A DNA stretch of 56,524 nt from positions 1-56,524 of the forward strand of contig JAAYSP010000228.1 of assembly GCA_012518355.1 (NCBI GenBank), in the 5' to 3' direction. The DNA comes from a candidate division WS1 bacterium (lineage in GTDB: Bacteria > Armatimonadota > Zipacnadia > Zipacnadales > UBA11051). This document shows positions 1-9,653 of the stretch, piece by piece. A model generated the notes under the pieces. It made no database searches and was not told the DNA's origin. It was given only the letters and a program-made list of their open reading frames with translations. Every line of letters begins with the position of its first letter. Within the stretch, counting starts at the first letter, position 1. A program made the translations under genes and the position numbers.

Positions 1-2488
1 ACTGCATCGGGCCATACACCAGCCGCTCCTTCGGGAAGCGGTAGCATATCAGTTGGCCGTAGTGTTCGGGATCACAGCGGGCGGCCATCCATGCGACCAT
101 GTTGCGGCGCTCGAACTTGGCCAGTGTAAACGGTAGCATCAACACGAATTCTTCCTGGTCAGCATACGGCAGGCGCATGACCTGGTAGTATGCCTCCACT
201 TCACGGTAGGTGTCGGAGTATACCTCAGGTGGTATCGCCCACTCGTCCTCTGCCTGATAGAACGTCTGCGGGTCCTTCATATGGTACTTAGCATATATGC
301 CCGCCTGGATGCGGAACAGAAGCGCCGGATAGCGGACATGACGCTTAAGCGCTGGATCCATCTGTTCATAAGCAGTGAACAGGGTGGGGAAGATACGCTG
401 GTAGACCTGCACTAGAGGCTCGTTGGGGTCCACCACATAGAATTCTGGGCGCCCCTCGTAGGCATCCACCACCACTTTTACTGAGTTGCGCACATAGTTG
501 CCATACCAGGAGGTACGGATGGAGTATGGATACATGTTCGACACCGTATAGGCGTCGCACATCCACTTCAGGTGCCCATCGTCGTCGATCACTATGTAGG
601 GATCGGGGTCGTAACCCAAAAACGGCGCCAAAGCAGTGAGGCGTTCGGGCATTTCACGATACATCATCAGTCGGCTGTCGGGTTTGGAGTACTTGGTCAG
701 CAGCAGCCCCACGTCGCGGAAGCGGATCGCGAAGGCGAGCTTGCGCCACCAACTGTTCATCTGCACCCCGCCGGTGCCCTCGTAGTGGTGGTAGACGTTG
801 CCGTCGTCATCGGCATCGCCAGTTTCTCTGCCGGTCTCACGGGGATAGTGCAGTTCCTTGGCATGCGTGTTGGCCAGCACGAAAAGCGGTTCTCGTCGCG
901 GTCTTCCGGGTTCTCCCTGGCCGCCGGCGTGCGGTGCAGTGGCTGGTGCCAGTGGCTGATTTGGAGCAGGGCTGGCCCCCTGGCCGGAATCATCTATCGG
1001 AGCGACCGGCTGGCGACGCGCCTGGACCTCGTCTCGGACAAACTGTGGAGGAGTAATCCGCTCTATCAGTCGCGGATGCCAGCTGGCGGTGTAGTAGATG
1101 GCCGGACGCTTGATCTCGAAGTCAACTGCCGATGAGGGCGGCAGATTCTTGATCCAGTAGATGGGCTGGCCCCGGTCAGTTATCTCTGCGACGGGCGACA
1201 TGGCCACACCGTAACCGTGGGTGTAGAGCAAGTGCCGGTTGACCCATGAATCGCTGATGCGGTCATAGGCCAACTGCCGCGCCGACAGCATGACCTGTCG
1301 CAACTGCCCATCCATTTCGTACCGGTCTACGTCTACATCGGCGAATTCGTAGTAGCGCCGGAGCGCCTGTGTTTGCTGGTACACGGTCTCGAGGGGGCGA
1401 TGGTCCCACAGTCTGATGTTCGAGATCGTGCCGATATTGGCTCTGACGTCGGCCCAGGTGAGCTTCGTATCTACCGGGTGGACGCGGTCGTTTATCTGCC
1501 CCGTACCGTAAGCGACGTTTGTTGCCTTGATGTTGTGGGCAATAAACGGTGCCTCACGCTGCAGTTCGTTGGGTGCCACCACTAGCTTTTCGATTGCAGC
1601 CGGATACGCCCAGCCACCCAGCACTGCGACGATGATGACTGCGGCAACCGCTCCGCCAGGTAGTGTCAGAGAGCGCCCTCGGATGCTGACCAGACAGGCG
1701 ATGGCGGCCAGGGCGCACATGACCATCAGTACTGTCATCAGCGGCATCCTGGCATGTATATCAGCGTATGAGGCGCCGAAGAAGTCTTTGCCGTGGGTGG
1801 AGTACAGCAGACTATACTGCATGAGCCGATAGGAGTAGATCTTCGCCAGCAGTGCCAGCGACACCAATCCGAGCACATGCTTTCGCGCTCTGGGGATGGC
1901 CTGTACCACGCTACCGACTACTCGTATCGCCTCTTGATACAGATGGACCAGTACACTGGCGGCGAGTGCGATGACTACGGCGTAGAAAACTGAGCGCCAG
2001 GCGTAGAGGATAAACGAGAGGCGAAACACGTAGAAGCCCGCGTCTTTCCCGAAGATCGGGTCGGCGTGCTCTCCGACCTCGGAAAAGGGGATGGCATTGA
2101 TGAAAAGCAGCCAATCGCGCCACTGGCCGGATGCGACTGCAGCCACCATCACCGCCCCGACCACGCAGAAGATGAGGATGGCACGGTCAGCGTACTGCTC
2201 GATCTGCTCACGCTCTTCTTCAGGCAGCAGACGGCGTCCGATAAGCGTCACGTCCTGCGGAAGCGGCCGACGCGCCAGTCTAACGTTGCCGTACAGCCAG
2301 GCAAAAAACAGTCCACCGAACACCACCGCCAGGCCGATGCGCGCTTTCAGCATGGTACCGAACACCGCTGCCTGCCCCAGTGAGTCAAACCACAAGTAGT
2401 TGGTGTAGACAGTAAAAAGCCACTGGATGACGACCAGAGCGGTCACCGCAGCGATGAAGTACCATAACGTCTTAGATGACTGTGTCAC
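1..2488 (-). CDS. UPF0182 family membrane protein (partial, 3' end runs off the window)
   Basis: Spot translation of the minus strand from GTG at 2488 (AGGAGG RBS upstream) gives YTNYLWFDSLG, DPIFGKDAGFYVF, SWVNRHLLYTHGYG, IYYTASW, DPDPYIV, YPALLFRIQA and DPEHYGQL, typical of UPF0182. Absent from the ORF track because it is truncated by the window edge. Confidence 0.9.
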   Translation of the reverse strand, partial: MTQSSKTLWYFIAAVTALVVIQWLFTVYTNYLWFDSLGQAAVFGTMLKARIGLAVVFGGLFFAWLYGNVRLARRPLPQDVTLIGRRLLPEEEREQIEQYADRAILIFCVVGAVMVAAVASGQWRDWLLFINAIPFSEVGEHADPIFGKDAGFYVFRLSFILYAWRSVFYAVVIALAASVLVHLYQEAIRVVGSVVQAIPRARKHVLGLVSLALLAKIYSYRLMQYSLLYSTHGKDFFGASYADIHARMPLMTVLMVMCALAAIACLVSIRGRSLTLPGGAVAAVIIVAVLGGWAYPAAIEKLVVAPNELQREAPFIAHNIKATNVAYGTGQINDRVHPVDTKLTWADVRANIGTISNIRLWDHRPLETVYQQTQALRRYYEFADVDVDRYEMDGQLRQVMLSARQLAYDRISDSWVNRHLLYTHGYGVAMSPVAEITDRGQPIYWIKNLPPSSAVDFEIKRPAIYYTASWHPRLIERITPPQFVRDEVQARRQPVAPIDDSGQGASPAPNQPLAPATAPHAGGQGEPGRPRREPLFVLANTHAKELHYPRETGRETGDADDDGNVYHHYEGTGGVQMNSWWRKLAFAIRFRDVGLLLTKYSKPDSRLMMYREMPERLTALAPFLGYDPDPYIVIDDDGHLKWMCDAYTVSNMYPYSIRTSWYGNYVRNSVKVVVDAYEGRPEFYVVDPNEPLVQVYQRIFPTLFTAYEQMDPALKRHVRYPALLFRIQAGIYAKYHMKDPQTFYQAEDEWAIPPEVYSDTYREVEAYYQVMRLPYADQEEFVLMLPFTLAKFERRNMVAWMAARCDPEHYGQLICYRFPKERLVYGPMQ

Positions 2489-2520
2489 TTGGTTGTGCCT
2501 CCTGATGGTGGGGGGTCAGA

Positions 2521-3006
2521 CTAGCTGGAGTCGTCGAGGTCTTCATCGTCATTTTCTGGCGCCAGGCCACTGAGCAGGTTGCGAAGCTCTTCCTTTTCCT
2601 TCTTTTCTGCTTCATCGCTGAGCACGACTGCTCCATCGAGCACTGCCTGGGCTACGTATATGGGCACTTCAGCACTGACGGCCAGTGCGAGAGCGTCACT
2701 GGGGCGGGCGTCTATCTGATGCTCACCCTGATCGCCGATAAGATATAGCACTGCGTAAAAGATGCCCTCTTCGAGCCTGGTTATCTCGATGCGCTCCAGG
2801 CGGTAACCCAGGTCGGATATGACCGACAGCAACAGGTCGTGAGTGAGCGGTCTTTTGTGCGGTGCCTGGTCTGCAACGGCTATCGCTCGCGCCTCGAACG
2901 GACCGATGGCAATCGGCAGAAAGCGCTCCTGCTCAGCATCGGCGAGCACCACAAATGCTCGCTTATGTAAGTCCAGGCCCACTTTGTTCACGAACATGCG
3001 TACCAT
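2521..3006 (-). CDS. Bifunctional nuclease family protein (DUF151/BFN)
   Basis: Motifs LPIAIGPFEA, RPLTHDL, FYAVL and IDARPSDALALA. Start moved to ATG 3006 (GGAGG RBS). Confidence 0.92.
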   Translation of the reverse strand: MVRMFVNKVGLDLHKRAFVVLADAEQERFLPIAIGPFEARAIAVADQAPHKRPLTHDLLLSVISDLGYRLERIEITRLEEGIFYAVLYLIGDQGEHQIDARPSDALALAVSAEVPIYVAQAVLDGAVVLSDEAEKKEKEELRNLLSGLAPENDDEDLDDSS

Positions 3007-3161
3007 GTGACGTGTGTTCCTCCATGACTGGCGGGAATTGCGGCCTGAAGTCGTTGCGGCGAGACACCTGTTACCGTCCGGTTCCGTTGCAGTCCTGACA
3101 TCAGCCAACGCCGCGGAATTGCTTTCAGAGGTGCCCACCAACGATTGGCTACGCGGTGGCG

Positions 3162-3950
3162 CTACGACTTGCGGATTGCGTCATAATCCAGGCCTGCTGC
3201 TCCTACGGCGGCGGCCCATGAGCCGAAATTGGCTTCACGGCTGGCCGCTTCCATCATCCCTCGATAGCCCATCCGACGCATGTTACTGTTATTGACCGAC
3301 TCTCCTTGTGCATGTAGGTCGCGGATAGTCTGGATGATCTTTTCGCGGGTCCAGCGGTTGATTTTGCGGATATCAGCGTATTCGATGTCAGCAGCCTCAA
3401 TAGCGGCTCGCCAACTTCCAAAATACCGTTTGCTGCTGGCGGCCGAAACCAGGGCACCGTGGTTGTTTTTGGCTGCCTCATGGCTCAGATCGTCGCCATC
3501 GTTGTGCAACTGCTGTATGTTTTCGACGATGCGTTCTTTGCTCCAGAATCGGTGCTTGCTGATGCTTTCGTAATCGAGACCAGCCGCCTCTATAGCGTTG
3601 CGCCAGCTACCAAACATGCGGTCATCCACGGCTACTACTACGAGGTACTGATGATTGCGCTTGGCGGCGCTGTGGGAGAGATCTTCGCCTTCGCGGTGGA
3701 GTCGCTGTATTTCACGAAGAATGCGCTCGCGGGTCCATTTGCGCTTGCGCTTGCACACTTCCTTGGGGTCCAAACCTGCAGCCCTTATGGCATCTCGCCA
3801 ACTGCCGAAAAATTCGCTTTTGTAGGCAGTGGTGACCATGCCGCTGTAACCGAGTTCGGCCATTCGTCTGGTACTAAGCGAATGCCTTGCTCCATGCAGG
3901 TCATTGATGGTTTCGATGATCTTCTCGCGCGTCCACTTACGACGGCTCAT
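3162..3950 (-). CDS. Stand-alone protein made of four ~65-aa repeats (homing-endonuclease-associated-repeat-like, putative nucleic-acid binding)
   Basis: Four copies of W(T/S)xExI...LH...FGSWxxAIxAAGLD; AGGAG RBS; basic linkers; no catalytic domain visible. Confidence 0.8.
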   Translation of the reverse strand: MSRRKWTREKIIETINDLHGARHSLSTRRMAELGYSGMVTTAYKSEFFGSWRDAIRAAGLDPKEVCKRKRKWTRERILREIQRLHREGEDLSHSAAKRNHQYLVVVAVDDRMFGSWRNAIEAAGLDYESISKHRFWSKERIVENIQQLHNDGDDLSHEAAKNNHGALVSAASSKRYFGSWRAAIEAADIEYADIRKINRWTREKIIQTIRDLHAQGESVNNSNMRRMGYRGMMEAASREANFGSWAAAVGAAGLDYDAIRKS

Positions 3951-4060
3951 TTTATGATCCCGCTCCTATCAGTCGTGACAGCTTTTGCCGATCTGTTGTC
4001 TATTAATATTCAAACCTTATAGGCACAATCGCACGTTCAAGTAGTTCCATTGTTGTGTTG

Positions 4061-4083
4061 AAAAAAAGCCGCATTTTGCGGCT
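4061..4083 (-). terminator. Intrinsic terminator-like hairpin in the leader of the repeat-protein gene
   Basis: Minus strand reads AGCCGC-AAAAT-GCGGCT followed by TTTTTT. Confidence 0.6.
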
Positions 4084-4145
4084 CACAAAAGGAGACGCAC
4101 TCTGCCCGCTTCGCATAGCCCCCCCACCAACTCTTGCGTACCACG

Positions 4146-4174
4146 ATATTAGCACTAGAATTGACCGAAGTCAA
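4146..4174 (-). promoter_or_regulatory. Sigma70-type promoter
   Basis: Minus strand TTGACT-N17-TAATAT with an extended TG. Confidence 0.55.
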
Positions 4175-4652
4175 CCAGGCGGGAATGCCTGTATGCTTCA
4201 ACACTTCTGCTGTACTTGGGGTTCCAATTGATGCGGTAGCAGCGGTGTGCGAACGGCAGCGGTAATGGCCAACTGAAGCCACAGGTTTACCGTTGTTCCG
4301 ACCTGGCCCCTACTTACCAGTGTGCTTTGCTACACTCTTTCGATCCCGAGGGTGTGCCGATGTCAAAACTCTGGTTTGCTTAGTTGCGTTGCGTTATACT
4401 GTATGCAGCCCTCTGACTATATCAAAACAGCGCCCTGGCCGCAAGTGATATTTGCCGCCAGCCGCCCAGTCAAGTGCCGCTGCTACACCATAATCTATGG
4501 ATTAGTCCACGAGGTAGTGGCACTTCAGTCCTGCATATCCGATGTGCTGGGAGACCGCCAGGATAAGGATGCTGGAGGCAGCGCCTGCAAAGCCAGTCAC
4601 TAGCTGTGCCAGCTGCTAGTGACCGGCATCGCGGTCAGCGATTTGTGTAGTC

Positions 4653-5117
4653 TCAATTCGCTGAGCTGCTCTGAGCATCTGACCGAGGGCCTGCATTTGC
4701 CTCATCTTTGGCCCGCCTCGCAGCCTGCTGAGCAAGCCGATCGGCTTCAGTGTTCTGCTCGCGCGGCACATGCTGCACTCGCACCGTGTCGAACCGTCCC
4801 AGGAGCTGTTTGGCCCAGGCATACAGCTTCTTCAGGCCCTCGGAGCGGACCCGATATGAGCCGTTGAGCTGGCGGCACATCAGTTCGCTGTCGCATCGTA
4901 CTCTCAGGTGCATGAAGCCACAGGCATGTGCCTTATGAAGACCTGCGATGAGCGCCCGGTACTCCGCTTGATTGTTGGTAGTAGGCTCCAGAGGTATGCT
5001 GCCCTCTGCGACCAGGCTGCGATCAGGCCCGTACAGCACGAAACCGGCCCCGGCAGGTCCTGGATTGCCAAGGGAAGAGCCGTCAGTATACAGTACGGCA
5101 CACTCTGTGTCTGGCAT
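4653..5117 (-). CDS. rnhA: Ribonuclease HI family protein
   Basis: YTDGSSLGNPGPAGAG, TNNQAEY, DSEL and HVPREQNTEADRLA; the D-E-D-D catalytic residues are present. Confidence 0.9.
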   Translation of the reverse strand: MPDTECAVLYTDGSSLGNPGPAGAGFVLYGPDRSLVAEGSIPLEPTTNNQAEYRALIAGLHKAHACGFMHLRVRCDSELMCRQLNGSYRVRSEGLKKLYAWAKQLLGRFDTVRVQHVPREQNTEADRLAQQAARRAKDEANAGPRSDAQSSSAN

Positions 5118-5548
5118 TGTCCACGCTCACAGTCACTTCTGAATACGATAGCGCGAGTCGCGCTATCGGAGTTGGTAGCACAAGCATAGCCCATGCGGTG
5201 TGCTTCGGTCACGTAGCTGCAACTGGATAGGCGACAGGAGCGACCGCTCCTGTGATTGTCTCTGTTGCAACTGCAGTGGGTGCCGAAGCTAGTTTAGTGC
5301 GCTCCCGAGGCGTGTGTGGCAGACTCGTGCAGATGATGCGCACGGGCCGTATAGCACTTGCCCCCGATTCCCACATACTCCTGCAGCACAGATAGAAAGC
5401 TGCGGTCTTGCGTCTGGTCAACTGGATTTGTACATATGTGGGAGTGTTTCTGCGTTTGATCATCCTTTTTTGCCGATTGCTAAAGTCTACTCGTCATATT
5501 GCCGATAATCATCACTGGTATACTTTCGCACAAAAGGGTGGCTGCAAA

Positions 5549-5695
5549 ATGGTCTACTTGCTTTGTACCGTAGCGATACTGTGGCTCGTGTTGGGGGTGT
5601 GCGCAGTAGCAGCCTGCGTAGCTGCCGGACGGGCGGATGAACGGGGACAGAAATTGGCTGCAGAATCCGATTTTGCCCTGCCAAAAGCCAGTTAG
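5549..5695 (+). CDS. Small (48 aa) single-pass membrane protein
   Basis: MVYLLCTVAILWLVLGVCAVAACVAAGRADER..., a hydrophobic helix plus charged tail, with AAGGGTGG upstream. Confidence 0.5.
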   Translation: MVYLLCTVAILWLVLGVCAVAACVAAGRADERGQKLAAESDFALPKAS

Positions 5696-5765
5696 TTGAG
5701 GCAGATGCCTACCCTGTAGTGCTCCATCGCCCTCCACAGGAGACCGCTATAGACATGTCGGCTCT

Positions 5766-7037
5766 CTACCGGTTCTCCAGACTATGGACATCGCCGCGCG
5801 GGTGGCGACTGACCACCACTAGCTGGAACAGGATTACCAGCGCCAGGACTATAGCAACTGCGATATACGGTGTCCGCAACCCCATCCGCATGGCTATATC
5901 TCCGGATATCAGGCCGCCCGCCAGCGCGCCAATGCCCAGGATGCTTTCGTGTAAGCCGGTCCTTCGGCCGATGGTTTCAGACGGCCCATTGATGCTGTAG
6001 TACAGGCTGCTGACATAGGTGACTCCGGCTGCAGCCCCTGACAGCGCAAAACAGACGCCAAATGCCGGTGCGGATCTGGCATAGAGAGCTGCGAACAGCA
6101 TAGCGCACAGTGAAACCCATTCGGCGACAGGCAGCGGCCACAGCTTGCCCTGCCAGCGCTGGGTGGTGCGGGCCAGGAAAAACATGGCCGTCAAGGCGCC
6201 CTGGTAGCAGAAGATCAGGATGCCAACCGTCGGATGGCTAAATCCCAACTCGTCAATGCCCAGCTTTGGGAACATAGTCAGGATGGTGGCACCGGCGAAC
6301 CAACTGCCGAAGTTGCCCACCCAGGACAGCTTCATCAACCGCTCCCAGGCATGGCTCTCGTGCAGGGCCTGGTCCTTGCCAGATGCCATATCCCGCCGCA
6401 AGGCAGGGCCGCCGCCGGGTGTGCGCAGCAGTATCAGCAGGACACATACACCTATCGAGGCGCATACGATGAAGGGGCGGGCAGGGAGACTGTCGAGCCA
6501 TAGATAACCGGCCGCTATCGGGCCCAGTACCAGGCCGCTGGACCATGCGACGTTGAACAGGCCCAGATTGCGATTGAGGGCACGCTGGTTTGGACTGGTG
6601 CGCTCGGCCAACCACGCCTGCATCGCGGGCCATATGAGCCCCAGAGCGCCACCACCGATCGGCACCATGAGCAGCAGCCAGGTTGGGGTGGGCGCAAGAG
6701 TGTACAGCAGCCACATAGTCGCAACCAACACCATGCCGATGGCTGCACTGCGCTTGCGTCCGATACGGTCAGACCATCCGCCGGCGAAGATGCAAGTGAT
6801 GGCGTAACCAGTGGAGCCGAATGCGCCGAGCATGCCCAATATCCGGGGCACTGCGCCCATCGCCACAGCCAAGAACTGCAGTGACAGGCCCACACAGCCC
6901 TGAGCCAGGTCCAGCAGGAAAGCAGCGCTGAAGATGCCCCACGGTTTGGGGAAGACGGTGGTAGTCGGCTGCTCGATTGCGCCGTCACCGTCTGAGTTCA
7001 CCGGTGCTGCCGGTGTTGTTTGCGGCTCCAGGCTCAT
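5766..7037 (-). CDS. MFS transporter
   Basis: Motif A GGWSDRIGRK and about 12 hydrophobic segments. Confidence 0.9.
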   Translation of the reverse strand: MSLEPQTTPAAPVNSDGDGAIEQPTTTVFPKPWGIFSAAFLLDLAQGCVGLSLQFLAVAMGAVPRILGMLGAFGSTGYAITCIFAGGWSDRIGRKRSAAIGMVLVATMWLLYTLAPTPTWLLLMVPIGGGALGLIWPAMQAWLAERTSPNQRALNRNLGLFNVAWSSGLVLGPIAAGYLWLDSLPARPFIVCASIGVCVLLILLRTPGGGPALRRDMASGKDQALHESHAWERLMKLSWVGNFGSWFAGATILTMFPKLGIDELGFSHPTVGILIFCYQGALTAMFFLARTTQRWQGKLWPLPVAEWVSLCAMLFAALYARSAPAFGVCFALSGAAAGVTYVSSLYYSINGPSETIGRRTGLHESILGIGALAGGLISGDIAMRMGLRTPYIAVAIVLALVILFQLVVVSRHPRGDVHSLENR

Positions 7038-7792
7038 GCCGGGATACCCTCCATCAGTCGTGCGAAAAGCCTGTCATACGCGAAATCCATGAGCAGTTGC
7101 AGGTTCTCCACGTCAGCAGCGTTGTACTGCACCAGCCGGCTCAGACTGTCTTCATTTCCGGCCTGGTACTCATACCACAGGCGCACCGCGTCCTCACCAC
7201 TCAGCCCCTCTACTTCATCAGCGCGAGCTACTCCCAGACGCTGCTCGATAGCCTTCAGTCCGCCCCGATAGCCCAACCGCCGCAGTGCAAAGCGCAGATC
7301 ACAGTGCAACTGATCCCACGAGGTCTGCGGGAATGCCCTGCGTAAGTACGGCAGATCGAAGCAGGTGCCGTTGAAGGTCACCAGCATGCCGAAACGCTCG
7401 AGGTCGTAAGCGAACTGCTCCAGGTTGTCGCCGGCAACGTAAGTGGCGGTGCGGTTGCCGTCGTAGACGCCGATGACGGTGATTTGCGCCCACGGGCCCA
7501 TGCCGCTGGTCTCTATGTCCACGAAGGCAGTGCGGCGGCGGAAGTCAGGCCATGCGCGCCAGTGCTCGACTGACGGCAAGGCTGTGGCGAAGAAGCGGTG
7601 GTCACCGGCATGCAGGCAGTCCATCGAGTTGCGTAGGTGGTCACAAGCCTGGCTCCATCTGGCCTGAGAAAATCCACTCACCGGCTTTTCCCAGGCCAGA
7701 GCCTGCTGCCAGTCAGTGAGACCCTGTTGCCACAGCCGCTGCTCGGTCCTGGGGCCTACGCCGGGGATATGTATGAAGCTACGCGTGAGCAC
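7034..7792 (-). CDS. RNase H-like (YprB/RNase_H_2-type) exonuclease with N-terminal HhH
   Basis: IPGVGPRTEQRLW (HhH), FVDIETSG, VTFNGTCFDLPYL, GGLKAIE and YNAADV (DEDD-type). GTG start at 7792. Confidence 0.85.
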   Translation of the reverse strand: MLTRSFIHIPGVGPRTEQRLWQQGLTDWQQALAWEKPVSGFSQARWSQACDHLRNSMDCLHAGDHRFFATALPSVEHWRAWPDFRRRTAFVDIETSGMGPWAQITVIGVYDGNRTATYVAGDNLEQFAYDLERFGMLVTFNGTCFDLPYLRRAFPQTSWDQLHCDLRFALRRLGYRGGLKAIEQRLGVARADEVEGLSGEDAVRLWYEYQAGNEDSLSRLVQYNAADVENLQLLMDFAYDRLFARLMEGIPA

Positions 7793-7805
7793 GATGGAGG
7801 CGCCT

Positions 7806-8831
7806 CTATCCGAGGATTTCACGCAGTGCCGCGCATGTGGCCCTGGTGTCCTCATCGCTCACGTTCAGGTGTGTGACCAGGCGGATAGAGTGCTCATCGC
7901 GGGAAGTCGCGTTGATGCCATAGTCGGCCAGCCGAGCACAAAGTTGTGGGGCGGTCATGTCGTCACGTCGTACCGATAGATACACCATATTGGTTTGCAC
8001 ACTGTCCAAATCCACTTCGATGCCGGGAAGCTGCACGAGAGTTTCGGCAATCAGTCGAGCATTGCGGTGATCGTCGGCCAGCCGTGGGAGGTTGTGCTCC
8101 AGTGCCCACAGCCCGGCGGCGGCCAGCACACCGGCTTGCCGCATCCCGCCTCCGAAGAGCTTGCGAGCACCTCGAACCCGCTCCATCACTTCTTCGGAAC
8201 CACACACTACTGACCCGACCGGAGCTCCCAGCCCCTTGCTCAGACAGATCGTGACTGTATCCACCTCTTCAACCAGCGTTGCAGCCTCGATGTCCAGCGC
8301 GACCGCCGCGTTGAAGATGCGTGCACCGTCTAAGTGTACCGGCACTCCGTGTTGATGGGCCAGGCTGCACACCTGGCTGGTGTATTCTGCAGTAAGCACG
8401 GTGCCTCCGCAGTTGTTGTGCGTGTTCTCCAGGCAGACCAAACCTGTGCGCTGACGATGCAAGTCGCCGTCATGCAGGGTGTCGGTCAGCAGTTGCAGAT
8501 CAAACGCGCCGTAGCGGCCTGAAAGCGGTCTGACTAGTACACCGCAAATCGCCGACATGCCCCCGCGTTCGTAGTGGTAGATGTGGGCCTGCTCGTGGCA
8601 GATGAGCTCCTCGCCCGGACGAAGCAGAGTGTAGATGCATACCAGATTGCCCTGCGTACCTGAGGGCACGAACACGGCATCCTGCTTGCCCAGGACCTCT
8701 GCGCAGTGTGCCTCCAGAGCGTTGATTGCCGGATCTTCTCTGGCGACGTCATCACCCACCTCGGCCTCGCACATCGCACACCGCATGGCTGGGCTGGGCA
8801 GTGTCTTGACATCGCTGCGCAGGTCGATCAT
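7806..8831 (-). CDS. ltaE: Low-specificity L-threonine aldolase
   Basis: MIDLRSD, SGTQGN, HLDGARIFNA, CLSKGLGAPVGS (PLP lysine) and GGGMRQAG. Confidence 0.93.
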   Translation of the reverse strand: MIDLRSDVKTLPSPAMRCAMCEAEVGDDVAREDPAINALEAHCAEVLGKQDAVFVPSGTQGNLVCIYTLLRPGEELICHEQAHIYHYERGGMSAICGVLVRPLSGRYGAFDLQLLTDTLHDGDLHRQRTGLVCLENTHNNCGGTVLTAEYTSQVCSLAHQHGVPVHLDGARIFNAAVALDIEAATLVEEVDTVTICLSKGLGAPVGSVVCGSEEVMERVRGARKLFGGGMRQAGVLAAAGLWALEHNLPRLADDHRNARLIAETLVQLPGIEVDLDSVQTNMVYLSVRRDDMTAPQLCARLADYGINATSRDEHSIRLVTHLNVSDEDTRATCAALREILG

Positions 8832-8933
8832 CGAAGTCAGCTCCTCATCCGGTGTCCGGTCGAAGCAAACCGCGGTGACAAGCCACCGCGGCGCAGGTCT
8901 GGTCTTGTACGGCATGTCTATTGCCTGCCAGGT

Positions 8934-9653
8934 TCAGATCCGCTTGGGCCTGCTTTGCGCCCGACGAATGACGACGCCCGATATCTGCACCAGCACGAAC
9001 AGTGTCACATATACCATGATTGTGAGCGCACCCCAACGGACACGACGGGCGGTTATAGTCACGGTATGCTCAGGATAGGCCGCATCCAGCATGACTGTCG
9101 CCTGATTGCCGGCGATGTTGGCCGGTGCGGCCAACGCAGGCCCCGTCGAAGGGCGTGCGTGTGCGTCCGTTATGCTGCCCGGCATGATGACATGGTACAC
9201 AAGATAGTGCCCTCCGGCGCGAGCTTCGGCGGGATTGGCTATGCTGAGGTGTTTTATGCTGACTGTCTCAGTCCACGAGTAAGTGGTATATGGGGACAGC
9301 AGGTTCTGAGCGAGATCCTCGATGCGCAGTTCTGCGCCGCTGTCGGACGGCTGAAGGTAACTGCCTATGAAGTTGCGGGTGATTGTGGTAGTCGAGCGTG
9401 TGGAGCTATCTTTCTGCCAGCGACGCTGCCACGAGCTACCGGCTTCTACGTCAGCGGTCCATTTGTTCAGATCACGCTTGAAGTAGCTGTTCGCCTCGGC
9501 GTTGACCTGCCGCAGCATCGTGCCATCGAGGTATACCTGAGTGGTGAGCACTGTCTGCTCACTGTTGAGTATCAGTGCGAACGGAACGGTCAGCATGAAG
9601 CACAAGAGGCTGCTGGTGCGGGCTAGTCTGACCGAGGCGCCGCTACTGGTCAC
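8934..9653 (-). CDS. Hypothetical membrane protein (N- and C-terminal hydrophobic segments)
   Basis: Overlaps the upstream stop, RBS AGGAGG, one hydrophobic helix at each end. Confidence 0.7.
   Translation of the reverse strand: MTSSGASVRLARTSSLLCFMLTVPFALILNSEQTVLTTQVYLDGTMLRQVNAEANSYFKRDLNKWTADVEAGSSWQRRWQKDSSTRSTTTITRNFIGSYLQPSDSGAELRIEDLAQNLLSPYTTYSWTETVSIKHLSIANPAEARAGGHYLVYHVIMPGSITDAHARPSTGPALAAPANIAGNQATVMLDAAYPEHTVTITARRVRWGALTIMVYVTLFVLVQISGVVIRRAQSRPKRI

Noticed and set aside
572-2399. Several plus-strand ORFs
   Set aside because: Antisense shadows of the UPF0182 gene.
4149-4175. CIRCE element
   Set aside because: Only the left half TTAGCACT is present; the site is better explained as a minus-strand promoter.
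5209-5463. 84-aa minus-strand ORF
   Set aside because: No recognisable family and only a weak RBS, so it cannot be supported.
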